DNA of 63,626 nucleotides, the filler included, from Reticulomyxa filosa (Eukaryota > Protista > Foraminifera): NCBI GenBank assembly GCA_000512085.1. It is 14 parts of 14 records of this genome, joined end to end, with 100 filler letters (N's around TTAATTAATTAA, not from the genome) between each part and the next. Parts side by side here need not be neighbours in the genome. Positions count along the whole stretch, not along the records: positions 47,784 to 62,198 come from ASPP01024856.1; positions 62,299 to 63,626 come from ASPP01005170.1; 12 more parts are not named here. One strand, written 5' to 3'. A program made the translations under genes and the position numbers. The notes under the pieces were generated by a model that was not told the DNA's origin, ran no database searches, and saw nothing but the letters and a program-made list of their open reading frames with translations. Below, piece after piece: positions 52,238 through 63,626 of the stretch (the stretch's first letter is position 1; the number at the start of each line of letters is the position of its first letter).

Positions 52238-53635
52238 TGTTTCTTTCTTAGCCTTTGTTTATTTTTACTTTTTTATTGTTTTTTTGTTTGCTTATATTGG
52301 CTTTTGTGATGCTTTGAATTCTTTTGACTTTTTTTTCATAATCTTATTTGAATGTTACCATCAATGCACAATACTCAAGAAAGGGAAACAAGCATCACCA
52401 TTTCAATGCTAACATAAATGATTCTTCTATCCACAGACGGAACCAAAAAGCTTTGATAACTGTACTTTTTTTAACTATCATTCGCATACTCTAAACTTTT
52501 TACTGTTTGACATAATCATTAATTTTTTCCACTGACTTTGACTACTTTTTTTTACTTGATAGATCCAGTGAATACAAATTATTTAAGAACGAGCTTATGG
52601 TTCCAAAAAAACTACATATAAAAAAAAATATCATGACCCAGGCAGTGAAAGTATGAGAATGCCACTATGTAGAACTAAACCCGTGTCAAAAATTCCTCAA
52701 TTGGGTTTCGTTAAATCATAATATCAATTAGTTTTATAATAGCAAAACAAAAGCGATAAATAGCTATCAAAGATAGTTTGTGTTAATGTGAATGATAAGC
52801 AAGTTTTTAAAACTCACAAAAAATGATTCATTGACTATGTTGATGATCGCAGAGGTAGTACTGATTAAAGGTACAAAGTAATGCAAAGAATTTGAAAGAT
52901 ACCAACAAACTACTCAAAATGATTGCTGATTTGTTGAGCATCACTTATCAATGTAAAAAATACGTCAATCGATGAAATGAAAATGAAAAAAAAGAAATTG
53001 GAATATAATCGAGTTTAATTTTTGAAAAAATTACTCGCTTGTCTTAATTGGAACTGATCATCAATTGCAACCAGTTGTTATTTTGAACGCTATGTTATAT
53101 TCAAAATTATCTTAAAAAATGAGCAAGTATCAATTAACAAATTTGAGGAAAAATATATTATTTTACTGAGTTGAAATATACATTATGAGAAAGATGTATG
53201 CCGACTTATATTATATGTTATAAAGGTAGCTATCAGAACAAAAATTAACATTCGTTTTGGAACTCAAAATGATAGTGTTAAAAAAAACAAAAATCAAACG
53301 AACGTAAATGCAGAACAAAAGCAGCACAAACAAACGGAAATTAAAAAAAAATAAAGTATAAAGGAAAAGACATCAAATTGAAAATAGCATGCTAGTGATG
53401 CTATTTCAACTCAAGTCTTTCTCACAACACACAAAACAAATCAAAGCAACTCAAAAATACTAATAAAAAATAAAAAAAATTATATGCATAAATGTTTAAA
53501 TATATGCATACATTAATTTCATTTTTTTCCTAAAAATAAGCTGTTCCTTAACGAAAAGGAGAAATAATATCGGATAAATTAACAAAAAGCAAATGAAACA
53601 GTTATTGTTTGCCATTTCTTTTTATTTTTTTGTAA

Positions 53636-56120
53636 TCAATATTGTTTCTTTAGTTGTGACTTGAAGATTCGATCAGTGTGATAACCATATTTGTGCAATC
53701 GGAATTGTATCGGTAATTGTATTGAAATTGGAATGAATTGGGGAAGACAATCGATTGAGTTTACTGATTGCACAAATAAACGAACGAATAAATGCGTGAA
53801 TAAATTAAACGTATGATTGAATAAACATAGATAGAATGAATCTAAGTCGGTACGAATGCAATCAGTCAATTTGAAGTGGATGTAATATTGCAATTGCTTA
53901 AATCAGATGAATAAGTGGACTATGTGTTTAATGTATTTCATATGGTAACACAAAATGTATAATTGTTTGTATTAAAAAAATAGATAATATTAATACCTTT
54001 GGCAAAATGAATCATTCCAATGTTTGAATGTCCAAATAACATTAGAATAAATATGTGGCAATCTGGTGAAAATATCACAGTATTGACATACATAATTGTT
54101 TCTATTAAATGATCTGCCATTTCATTCTTCAAATGGACTTGAAAATCAATACTCGATGAACGAAGGTATAACGTGTGACAAAGCAGTTTTAGCCAAAATA
54201 ACTTATCAGATATTGTCACAATTGAAGAGTTAATTGTAAGTCATCATATCACAACATTCCAAATAATTATATTGTTATTTATTTATATGATGAATGCTGC
54301 TACATGGACAGACACTGGAACAACATGGTCGATGTCAATAATGTCATGTCTCTTGCCACGAATTTGACCATTGGATAACAAATAGTAACTATCGTAGAAG
54401 GACTAGTTCATATTTAGTATCCGGGATAAATGATTGGCAGTCATTTTATCGAAATAAATTTTTTGATAAAGTTCATCCAGCAAAAGCTATTTACACACGC
54501 AAACACACATAAGTACGTATAAATCCAATATATCGTATGTGTTTCTGTACATTAAAAAGATAGAGTGCATACCTTTGTAAAAAAAAGGCAATTAATTGTT
54601 GTTGACACGGTCGCCAAATCTCCTTTGATAATGCAAATGAACAGTTTGCATTGATCATAGACAGTGTGTATAATCACAAAAAAACGGGTACCAGGAATAA
54701 AAAAATTCAATAGTGATTTTAAGTTGGACAATACCAAATAATATTAATGTGTATTTGCATGGTAAATGCCACATGAACAGACATAAAATAACATGTATAT
54801 GACATCTATACAAGTTTGTCACTATTGATTGGATACATTTGGACGTCCGTCAGTGGAGAGCATAATAAGAACGCGGTGAAAGAAATGATACTTGGCATTA
54901 TTTGCAAGCAAAAGTGACAATAGTATGGAAATGTTTCAAAACACTTCCCATTTCTTTTGACAGCGTCTTCACATGAACAGCATTTACATTGACGAATATT
55001 CACATGTAATTGCAGCGATAGTGAGAAATAAATAATGTTACAGTGTGGAACTGATATGATTTTGAGATGAGATATTCCAGTTAATATCTATTCACGACAT
55101 AAATACAAAATATGTGAATTATACATATGTACACATAACAAAAAAAAAAGATTTATACGTACCTTCAATATCATGGACTATACAGTGACATTTGGAATAG
55201 CATAAATGTGGATTGGATAATACAATGATGTAATAAATATGGAAAAATGAATATTGATCATGGATATTACTACAATTACAAATGTAAACGACTGTCATAA
55301 TAAATGATAACTGGTATGATAATAATGAATTTTGATGATGAATCTAATTCGAATAGTTTATCATTAATGTTTATATGTGTACATATATCAATCTATACAA
55401 TACATATATGCATTTGCTAGAAACAAAAAAAATACAAAAACATAGATAGTACCGTCGTGTAACGAAAATAAAATACATGATGTCATGATCAAATACTCAT
55501 ATCAGTATATTACATCAATGTAGTGGGCGAGTATTAATGATACGTATAATACAATGTATATGATAAAATGAAAGCAATTAAATGGATTTTGGATATTGAA
55601 GCACTGTTTGCATTAAATATAGATGCAACAATCATTGAAGCAAATGAAACGACGACGATATACAAGCTGCAATCATTTGTAATGAAGAAATCAACGTGTG
55701 TGATATTTCCTTGTTGTTCTTATTGTAATGCTCAGATGTAATATATCTATTTACACATCCCAAATTTAACATGTGTGTTTGTTTCACATGATCAAATAAA
55801 AATCCAAAGACAAATATAAGATACCGTCGTGAAGCGAAAAAACAAATCGAAAGGTTTGTCCCAATTGTTCAATATCCAAATCGCAATTGAAGTCAAGGAA
55901 TTAGAACAATTACAAATAAATAAATAACATATAAGCGATTACTGTGCACCGTCAAACAATCCTGCTCAACAACCCGCAGTGACGAGTTACTTGTGTTTTT
56001 TTTTTGGTGTGTTTGATGATGCACTTGGATGTAGGATTTGCATATAATATATCCATCCATGTCGTTTTTGAATTGGATCTTGACAGCAATACCCAATACA
56101 TCAAACGCGACTGGCATCCA
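53636..56120 (-). mobile_element. Decayed, intron-containing EnSpm/CACTA(CMC)-like transposase
   Basis: Ordered remnants YFSLSLQL, LIMLSTDG (~54850), CGIYHA, IIKGDLATVSTTIN, DIDHVVPVSVH, HLKNEMADHLIETIMY, in different frames. Confidence 0.5.
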
Positions 56121-57090
56121 AAAAATGACAGCTGATTGAATTTGTTTTGATAGGCTTGACTGAATTGCACCAAGTTGGATTGAATCGAATTAGATTGGAT
56201 TGGATAATTGCAATTTGATCGAGCTGAATTGTACTCGTGATAATAGATATTGATGATGCATAAGAGGATGGATTGGATCGCACAGATTTTTAAAATTTTT
56301 TTTATCTCAGTTTTTCATTTATTTTTGTATATAATTCATTTATTTATTCACTTATTTGGGATAGAAACTGGAAAGAGATAGAGATAGAGATATCGAAGGA
56401 ATAGCAATACCTTGTCTGTTACCCCATCACCCACAAAACTTTTGGTAGTATCAGTGTGTTCATTCTAATACACCTGATACAAACAAAGAAAAGTACTTAA
56501 ATTTTTGTATTCCATGTTGTTACGCTGTTTCGATTGTCTTGCTTTTTTTTGCGCCATTTTTCTGTCCTTTCATATACCATACAACATTCAACATACAAAT
56601 ACAATTAAACACACAATCAATATTTGTTGAATTTGGTTTATTTTATTTAAATGTAGAACAAAGAAAACACAAATCGACTTAAATGGTTTTATTCAAAAAA
56701 TGATCGCTTCTAACAAGGTATTCCAATATTCCTTTCTCATCTATCTCGTTTCTATATACCCTTTCATTTTCTTAAAATTCACCTTTGTTGTTTCTTTTTA
56801 ATATTATAGAATACATAATGAAAAACTGAGACATTATGTAATTGCAATTGCATCCAGTGCAATCACAATCGCAATCCTCTTTATTTAAATTATATCAATA
56901 ACACTTTCCAACTCAATCCAATCAAATCGCACATAATTTAAATTTAACACAATATAATTCAATTCCACATGCAATTCAATCAATCATCAAGAATAATATG
57001 TTCAGTTGCCATATATTCGAATGCCATACATCGGTTTTCTGCCACAAATTGCTTTTGATTTTCGGTCCAATGAAACCATGGTAATGGATA
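56050..57090. repeat. Inner inverted repeat (56050-56415 vs 56713-57090) around a ~300-bp spacer
   Basis: ACAAGGTATT (56406-56415 rc / 56713-56722), AATGAAAAACTGAGA 15/15 (56305-56319 rc / 56817-56831), TGCAATTCA.TCAA, ATGGATAT; CAATC-type pentamer tracts. Confidence 0.8.
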
Positions 57091-58049
57091 TCCGTTCGTT
57101 GTTTGATCACCAATCTCACCAGCTCGAAATCGACGAATGTATATACCATCTTCAATTTCCCTTGTCTCCTTGCTTACTCGCTCCTTGTTTTCCAAATGCA
57201 TAATGACTCTTTCGCCATATGGTATATACGAACTAATATGTCCATATTTGAATCACGTCATGTATGTTCTATATTTGCACAAATATGTACATATTGTTTG
57301 TTTTCACAAATAAAAACACATAGAGCAATAAATAAACTCGAATATTAAATGTAATTTGTACCTTTGCCCACATTACTTATTTATATTGCTGAATTCTGTC
57401 GATGCTAAATGAAAATAATAGTAATTATCGAGATATGTATTGTAATTCAATGCTATTTCACTATCTCACCACGTTGCTCTTCATGCTATCATATTATGTC
57501 AATGTTCTCCAATGCTCTATGAAAATAGTCCATTCATTTGACTGTTGCTCTTTCGTATTCTGGTTTTACTTTCATCACACATATTCCAGAAACTACCGAT
57601 CTTGTATCCATTCTGAATGTTTAATATCATTACAATGCATTGTAATGATATTACAATTGATAATTTTTGCCAAGTAATTATATGTGACACTATCTAGCAT
57701 ACAATATGAAAAAAAAAGAAGTTGTTTTGTTTGTTTGTAATATGTAGCACAATAGTTAAAAAATTACAAAGGAATATAAACTGTAATTGTCTCAATGTAA
57801 TACACCAATCTACTCGTGAAAATAATCTCCTACTTAAATGAATGAGATCCTTCTTGTATATAAAATGCGACATCGCTAAGTATGTCTATTTAAACAAAAA
57901 AAGAATTTGAGTTTAATCAAAAATCACTTTTTGTTTTTTCTTTCACACAAATAACATATAAACAGACAAATTATGCAGATGTTTTAACTTGTATATTTGA
58001 AACAATCAATCATTCCTTCTTCGATTCCCTTCTATTTGTTCACGCACAC

Positions 58050-60001
58050 ACCCAATTTAATCCACTCACGCGTTTACCCATGCCGTTTCTTTGTATCTTC
58101 GTTTCGTTTCGGTCATCGCAATATACTTTCTCAATAATCCAAAATCAAACGAATCAATTAACAATCATGAGAGAAATGGCATCTTCCAAAGCCCGAACGA
58201 TGCAATGCTTCAATCATCTTTTCTGCCCTTTCTTTACTTTGCTTATATTCTCGTCGTTCTCGCTCTTCCGGGCTTTCTCTCGAGTTGATATTCCATATCA
58301 TTCGCTTGCATTCTTCCCACCATCTATTTTTGTTGGGCATATATGTATTTTCATATTGCAATTTGTGGAATAGACAAAGTGAAGACATAACAAAATAAAT
58401 GACATACCGGACATGTCTTCCTTGTCGCTGGAGAGCTTCTTTTTCCTCTGTCTCTTCTTTTTTCTCTGGCTCTTTTTCTTCATGCTCTTTTTCTTCATGC
58501 TCTTTTTCTTCAGGCTCTTTTCCCTCTTGCTCTTTTTCTTCATGCTCTTTTTCTTCCGGCTCTTTTCCCTCTTGCTCTTTTTCTTCATGCTCTTCTTTTT
58601 CCTGTCGCTGACCCTGTTGATGCTGATATTCTTCGTATGCGATATTTGGCTGATGATTTTGCTGTGATTGTTGCTGCCGATCCGACTGTTTGTGGTCAGA
58701 TTCTTGTTGGGATTCTTGATGGGATTCTTGATGCTGACCTAATTGTTCTTGCTTTGGTGCCTTTGAGTTAATATTTATTTACACATGCATGCATCATTAT
58801 TTGTGATTGGTTGTGCATGACTATAGCATATGTTCTGTAATATTCAAAGTATAGACATACTTGTGAAAATATCATTGCTTTGCACGAGTTAAATGACCAC
58901 CAACATTGTCCTAATGAGGACACACAGCTATCAATGCATATGCGCACTTTATCATGGAGCTGCGATAGCTGTTCATTGTCATTGTTTATATCAAACAAAT
59001 AATCACATTTGCCGATAACCCGTCAATTACTGGTGCTTATATTATGTAAAAGAAAAAAAGATAAACAAATAAAACAAACTCTTGATCGCTTTGGTATGGG
59101 CTCCGATTCTTTTCTATCTATTTCATTATTCATTTCCTGCAGGCTCCGTTTGATTCGTCTTTGTTGTCGTATTTCTGGAGTCTGCGTTGATACTGGCTCT
59201 GAGCCAATCTTTTCCTGTTTGGATTTATTTGCAGTTGAAATTATTATCTTGCATCAATATATACGTGAATGAATACTCAAAATGACTTACCTCCACTTCT
59301 TCTTGCTTGCTGTGCCTCGAAAATGATACCAGCGATTGAACGCAACTTTTCGTACGCTGGTATAAACATTCATCAATATATGCACAATTTTAAAATTATT
59401 TTGATTAAAAAAAAATTGAAACATGTGAAAGATAGACAATATTTTATTGTGGATAAATAACAAACCTTTGCGCGTTTGCTTGCTTGATCCGTTGTTGTAT
59501 CGTCTCGTATTTGAGAAAAGCCTCTTTTGCGTGAGCTCGCGCTATTACTGCTCTTGCTGCTACTACTTTTACTGCCTCTACTCTTAATGCTTCTGCTCTT
59601 GCTTCCATCTATTCAACACAGTTACATTTTTTTGTTGTGCATGTTATTTGCTGACAATTCATTATCTCTTTCATTTATGACATTATAAACACACAATAAA
59701 TATTAGTATCCATGTTTTGGTTAAAAAAATGTATGTACGTTTTGTCGTTCATTGAGAAGAAAAAAAAAATTAGTGCATAGTATAGGAGAAAGAAAAGGCA
59801 AGTGAATGAAAAGTAAAATTTATCGTGTAAAATAAAATTAAAAATTGTTTGTTATTCTGCAATATCCACGCGCTCATTTTTTGTGTGTTTGTTTGTTGGA
59901 GTCAGTATGATTCTTTTGTTTCGCCTACCTGACGCAAAATTTTTATTCCCCTCGGTTGAGATATCTTCCACAAGCCTTTTTTCTTCTCTTTTTGTTTCCA
60001 T
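58050..60001 (-). CDS. Multi-exon low-complexity hypothetical protein starting just inside the right outer IR arm; possibly decayed
   Basis: ATG at 60001 (METKREEKRLVEDISTEGNKNFAS|), Ser/Lys exon ~59465-59610, Gln/Glu-rich exon 58410-58765, GT-AG boundaries. Confidence 0.55.
58436..58602 (-). repeat. 15-bp coding tandem repeat (EEKEH/EGKEP) with 45-bp higher-order unit
   Basis: Unit CTCTTTTTCTTCATG repeated about 10 times with variants. Confidence 0.9.
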
Positions 60002-60022
60002 TTTTGTTTTTTTCAAACTTTA

Positions 60023-60356
60023 TTGAAACACCAGTAGTGAACTGTGAACTTGAAGGCGCGGCCAGTTTTAAGTTTTTCTCTTTAAGAGTTATTTTGTTTT
60101 TTGATTTTATTTAGTGTTTTTCCAACCAATGTAAAAATATTTAAAATTTTCTGTTAAAATGAGAAAAATAGAAAATTTATAATTAATTTCTCAAAATTGG
60201 CTGGGGAAACATACAGATTGCACCTAAAAAAAAACTAGAAAATATAAAGACTTGTCGTGTTCAAAGTGCACAAGCAAATAAATAGTTTGTGTCCCCTTGC
60301 TGGCAAGTGATAAAATGTGATTGTGATCATACATAAGGAGAGAGCAATGAAATCAA
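60023..60356 (-). repeat. Outer inverted-repeat arm (right)
   Basis: Reverse complement aligns with 51912-52237. Confidence 0.9.
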
Positions 60357-61200
60357 CCGTTCAACATTTATTCAAATCCAAATATTGAGAGAAAAATCGT
60401 TAAAAGATCGCGATCGTGCTGTTACACATGTATCATTAAAATATATTCTGTATTTTAGTGTACGCAATGCTGCTGCTGTTCATAGATTGTAAAGTTATAT
60501 TAATTAGTATATATATATGTGTATATGTATTTTTTTTCTAATATGTTTTTGTGTTTGTACAGAAAGTCCCTGATAAACAATGATAACTTTTCTGTGATGC
60601 GGCGTGCAAAGAATTTTGATTGAAGAGTTTACTAAACTGAAAGATTTTACAGAAGATTAAATTTGGGACATGTCCACTGAAATAAAAAAAGTGGATATGA
60701 AACAGCAAAGATTTGCCAACGAACGCAAACCTGCTTCAAATTTTAAGGGAACTTGTATCATCCCTTGATTCTTTGATTGTCCACTTGTGAAGAACAATGC
60801 CGCTTTTTTTCTCTTCTGATCATTCTGCCATTACAAGAATGGATTTGCATCAATTGGCTTCATCCTCCGTTTAAAAATAAAATGAATAAATATTTTGAAA
60901 AGTGCCAGTAAAGCAAAACACAGTCTAAAAATCATCCATGTTTTCCTTTGTTGGAATCCCAAAGTGCAATTGAAGTTTTCATTCAAACCATCAAAAAACT
61001 TAATATCCTTGTTGTCGATATCCCAGTTCCATATATCAACCATAATGCCTTTGCTTCGGCAATGTTTTATAATTTCTTTCTGTTGAAAGCCAAGGGTGTA
61101 ACTCAATTTGATTCACCGCAGGCAAAGGGAGGCCTGCTTTTTTTTAACACTTGCAAATGAGTTACTCCATAGTTTTACACACCTTTTTTCCAAAAAAAGA
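60347..61200 (+). pseudogene. Decayed spliced gene of unknown family starting at the outer end of the right IR arm
   Basis: ATGAAATCAACC start; GT..AG introns ~60430-60458 and ~60494-60562; long frame LPLQEWICINW..NTCK* with internal stops. Confidence 0.4.
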
Positions 61201-62298
61201 GTCCCTTTTTTGTTTTTTTGCTGTATATAAATAATAAATTGATCTTATGATTTACCAATGAATTTAATTTTACCCTTTCCTTGCAAATCTACCAAAACTT
61301 GATATGTCCTAATGTTTTCACCTCCAATGGGTGAATGGATCAAATATAAATTAAAATAATCCAATCCACTGACCTTTAAGCTGTTGTTTAAGGCAGAAAT
61401 TGTTTATTATATCCGCGGCTGTCCGATCACAACTTTTTTGTTACGAATTTATCTTCTCGACTCACTTTTTCGATATTTTTTATAAGGTACGATTGAATAC
61501 CCTCACCCCATTTCTTTTTCGTTTTCATAAAATATGGTAGTTTTTTTTGGGACTCCAAGCTTGTTATTAAATGATTTTTTTTTTTTTGTTTGATAAGATC
61601 CAATGAATACAAAGTGGCCAAAATAAATGGAAAAAACGTAAGGATTACTTCAAACAATATTTCATTGTAATCACAAAAAAAAAATTATAAAACACATTGC
61701 TTGAATAAAATTTAAAATCAATTTGAACTCCATTTTTCTTTGTATTTTTTTTAATAGTAATAATAAAAATAAAAAAAAAAGATAAAAAAAGTTTAGAGTG
61801 TGCAAATGACAATTAAAAAACGTATCGTCATCAAAGTTTTTTTGGTCCCATCTGTGAACGGAAGAGTTATTTGTGTTAGCATTGAAATGGTGATGTTTAT
61901 TTCCTTTTCTTGGAATATTGTGCATTGATGGTAAGTCACCACTGTTGACATTGGCAATGTTATTATTTCCATTACTATTGCAAGCACAACTTGCCATTGG
62001 AAGTGGTGGACAATGTTTATGCGCGAATGATGGAGCCTTTAGTGTTACAAGTTTGCAATAAAGTTTCGTTATTGCTATTATTGTTTTCAGTCACATTTGA
62101 CACATCGTTGTTGTCATAATGTGCAATGACAGTCTTATCTTTGTCACACACACACATATTTACGTTTGTATCTTGCATTTTGCTGGACCACATATGAANN
62201 NNNNNNNNNNNNNNNNNNNNNNNNNNNNNNNNNNNNNNNNNNTTAATTAATTAANNNNNNNNNNNNNNNNNNNNNNNNNNNNNNNNNNNNNNNNNNNN

Positions 62299-63110
62299 AC
62301 TTTTTTTTTTTTATTAATTTATAATAAAAAAAAAAAAAAAAAATCTCCCTCTCCATTGATATACGTATATACATGCATGCATGTGCATAAGTGTGTCCAC
62401 AGAGAAACAAAGTGCCGCAAAGCGAAACTAAATTGAAGCATTTGGATTGTATTTTTTTCTTGACTTGGACAAGCCACTCTGCCTCGGTGAGCAAAGTCGT
62501 GTGTCGAATCGTGTTGTTCACCGTCGCGACAATAACGTCGGCCGACACCGCGTCTGTGGTACGTTGTCCGTTGACCTCGTCCAAGTGGTGATGATTTTGG
62601 GACGAGTCCTGTTCCTCGGGCACCGGCGTGCTATTGCTGAGCAAAGGCGTTTGTGATAGTCTTTTTTTCGGGGAAGAGACCTGAGCAGCGCCATTGGTGG
62701 TTATATTTAAAGATTTGGAAGAATTAGAAGAATTGGAGGAAGAGGATGGGCCACCTACTCCTTCTTTCGCATTGTTCCCATTCGCTTCTTTGTTCTCGAA
62801 CATTTCGTCTTTCCATTCTTCATACTCATACGTTATAAATTTGTATGTTTCATAGTTAATCAATAGTTTCTTGCGAATTGCATGTAGCAACTCCCTTCCC
62901 ATATATATATATATAATTTTTTTTTTTTTTTTTGTCATGTGTGTATGTGCGTGGATGGATATAGAAACAGCGAGGGTATGATTGGACATATGCATATTGC
63001 CATTTGGTACATAATGAAATATAACTGAGACGTCCCAAACAGTTTGTGGCACAATATAAGGGTCTCACTCACGTCTTCTGGTTCCATGTAACTTTCATGA
63101 GTTATCATTG
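62299..63110 (-). CDS. Hypothetical protein fragment, spliced
   Basis: Coding-like exon ELLHAIRKKLLINYETY..EAEWLVQ flanked by microsatellite-rich introns. Confidence 0.5.
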
Positions 63111-63626
63111 CCACCTAATTTTGATACCATTTTTTTTGTTTTGTTTTTTTGGCTTACTTTTTCATTGTCCGTACATAGTGCATCTCATCATATTTTATTT
63201 TACATAACACATTGTTCTATAAAATATCTATCTTCACGTGAATAAGGCTCTGGATTATCCTCTGCTTTCCTAATTTCAGTTTTCGACCGTTTTTCATTAT
63301 TTCGTTTTTGTTTTTTTGAAAAAAAAAAACACAAAAGAAAAGGCGCTCACTTTTGTTTTATCTGTTCTGCTCGATGCTCTATAAATTCTTGTATCTCTTC
63401 TTTTATATTTGAAACTTTTTCGTCCACAAAATCTTCCGCTTTTTCCACTGCAGCCACAAAACATCCCATTTTTAAAAATTACTATTGGATTTTTAGTTTG
63501 GTGTGCACCCTCTCTTTTGCGCAACGAGGTTCCGTCAGCTACCACAAATTGCGCTATAAACTTCCAGTGAAACAGTATTCAAGCTTTTATGTTGCATGTA
63601 ATTTTTAAAAACAATTAAAAAATTGT

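Noticed and set aside
57360-57540. Ulp1/C48 protease-like words on the minus strand (HWRTLT*YDSM, QQ..*CG)
   Set aside because: The plus strand of this segment appears homologous to the left transposase arm, so the minus-strand motifs are probably chance; needs an HMM test
58436-58602. CRISPR-like array
   Set aside because: Contiguous 15-bp coding repeats with no unique spacers; eukaryotic context, no cas genes
52219-60039. CACTG (52219) ... TAGTG (60039) as canonical CACTA termini
   Set aside because: They lie inside the longer inverted repeat; the flanks GTT/AAC are inverted, not a direct 3-bp TSD
11307-62298. Regularly repeated TTAATTAATTAA palindrome between N-runs, and ORFs running into them
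   Set aside because: Assembly linker with stops in all frames; not biological, and gene neighbourhoods across it cannot be interpreted

Overview
AT-rich, intron-containing eukaryotic (protist) DNA. The gene families (expanded WD40/TRAF, HEAT, TPR, Kelch, PPR, HSPA12, GTPase-helical) and intron style resemble the foraminiferan Reticulomyxa filosa; this is an inference. The window is 14 pieces joined by 13 artificial 100-nt spacers (N44-TTAATTAATTAA-N44), so adjacency across spacers is unreliable. Recognisable genes: RGS protein, INO1, two PPR-SMR-like paralogs, PARN, a GYF2/WW-myosin, RAD51, copine, NIPA Mg transporter, GPI-type multicopper oxidase, WD40s, ankyrin-PH protein, SASA esterase, ABCC, HSPA12-like protein, PARP tail, ER DnaJ, stanniocalcin-like protein and Kelch protein, plus many decayed pseudogenes. 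Three things are not explained by the gene list. (1) An ~8.4-kb nested, diverged inverted-repeat structure (51.9-60.4 kb) holds two head-to-head remnants of an intron-containing EnSpm/CACTA-like transposase plus accessory genes. (2) Two 228-bp TG..CA elements have exact 4-bp target-site duplications (solo-LTR-like family). (3) Many introns have a poly-A tract before the 3' AG and often a T-run after the donor. All alignments and translations outside the ORF track were done by eye; exon limits are approximate.
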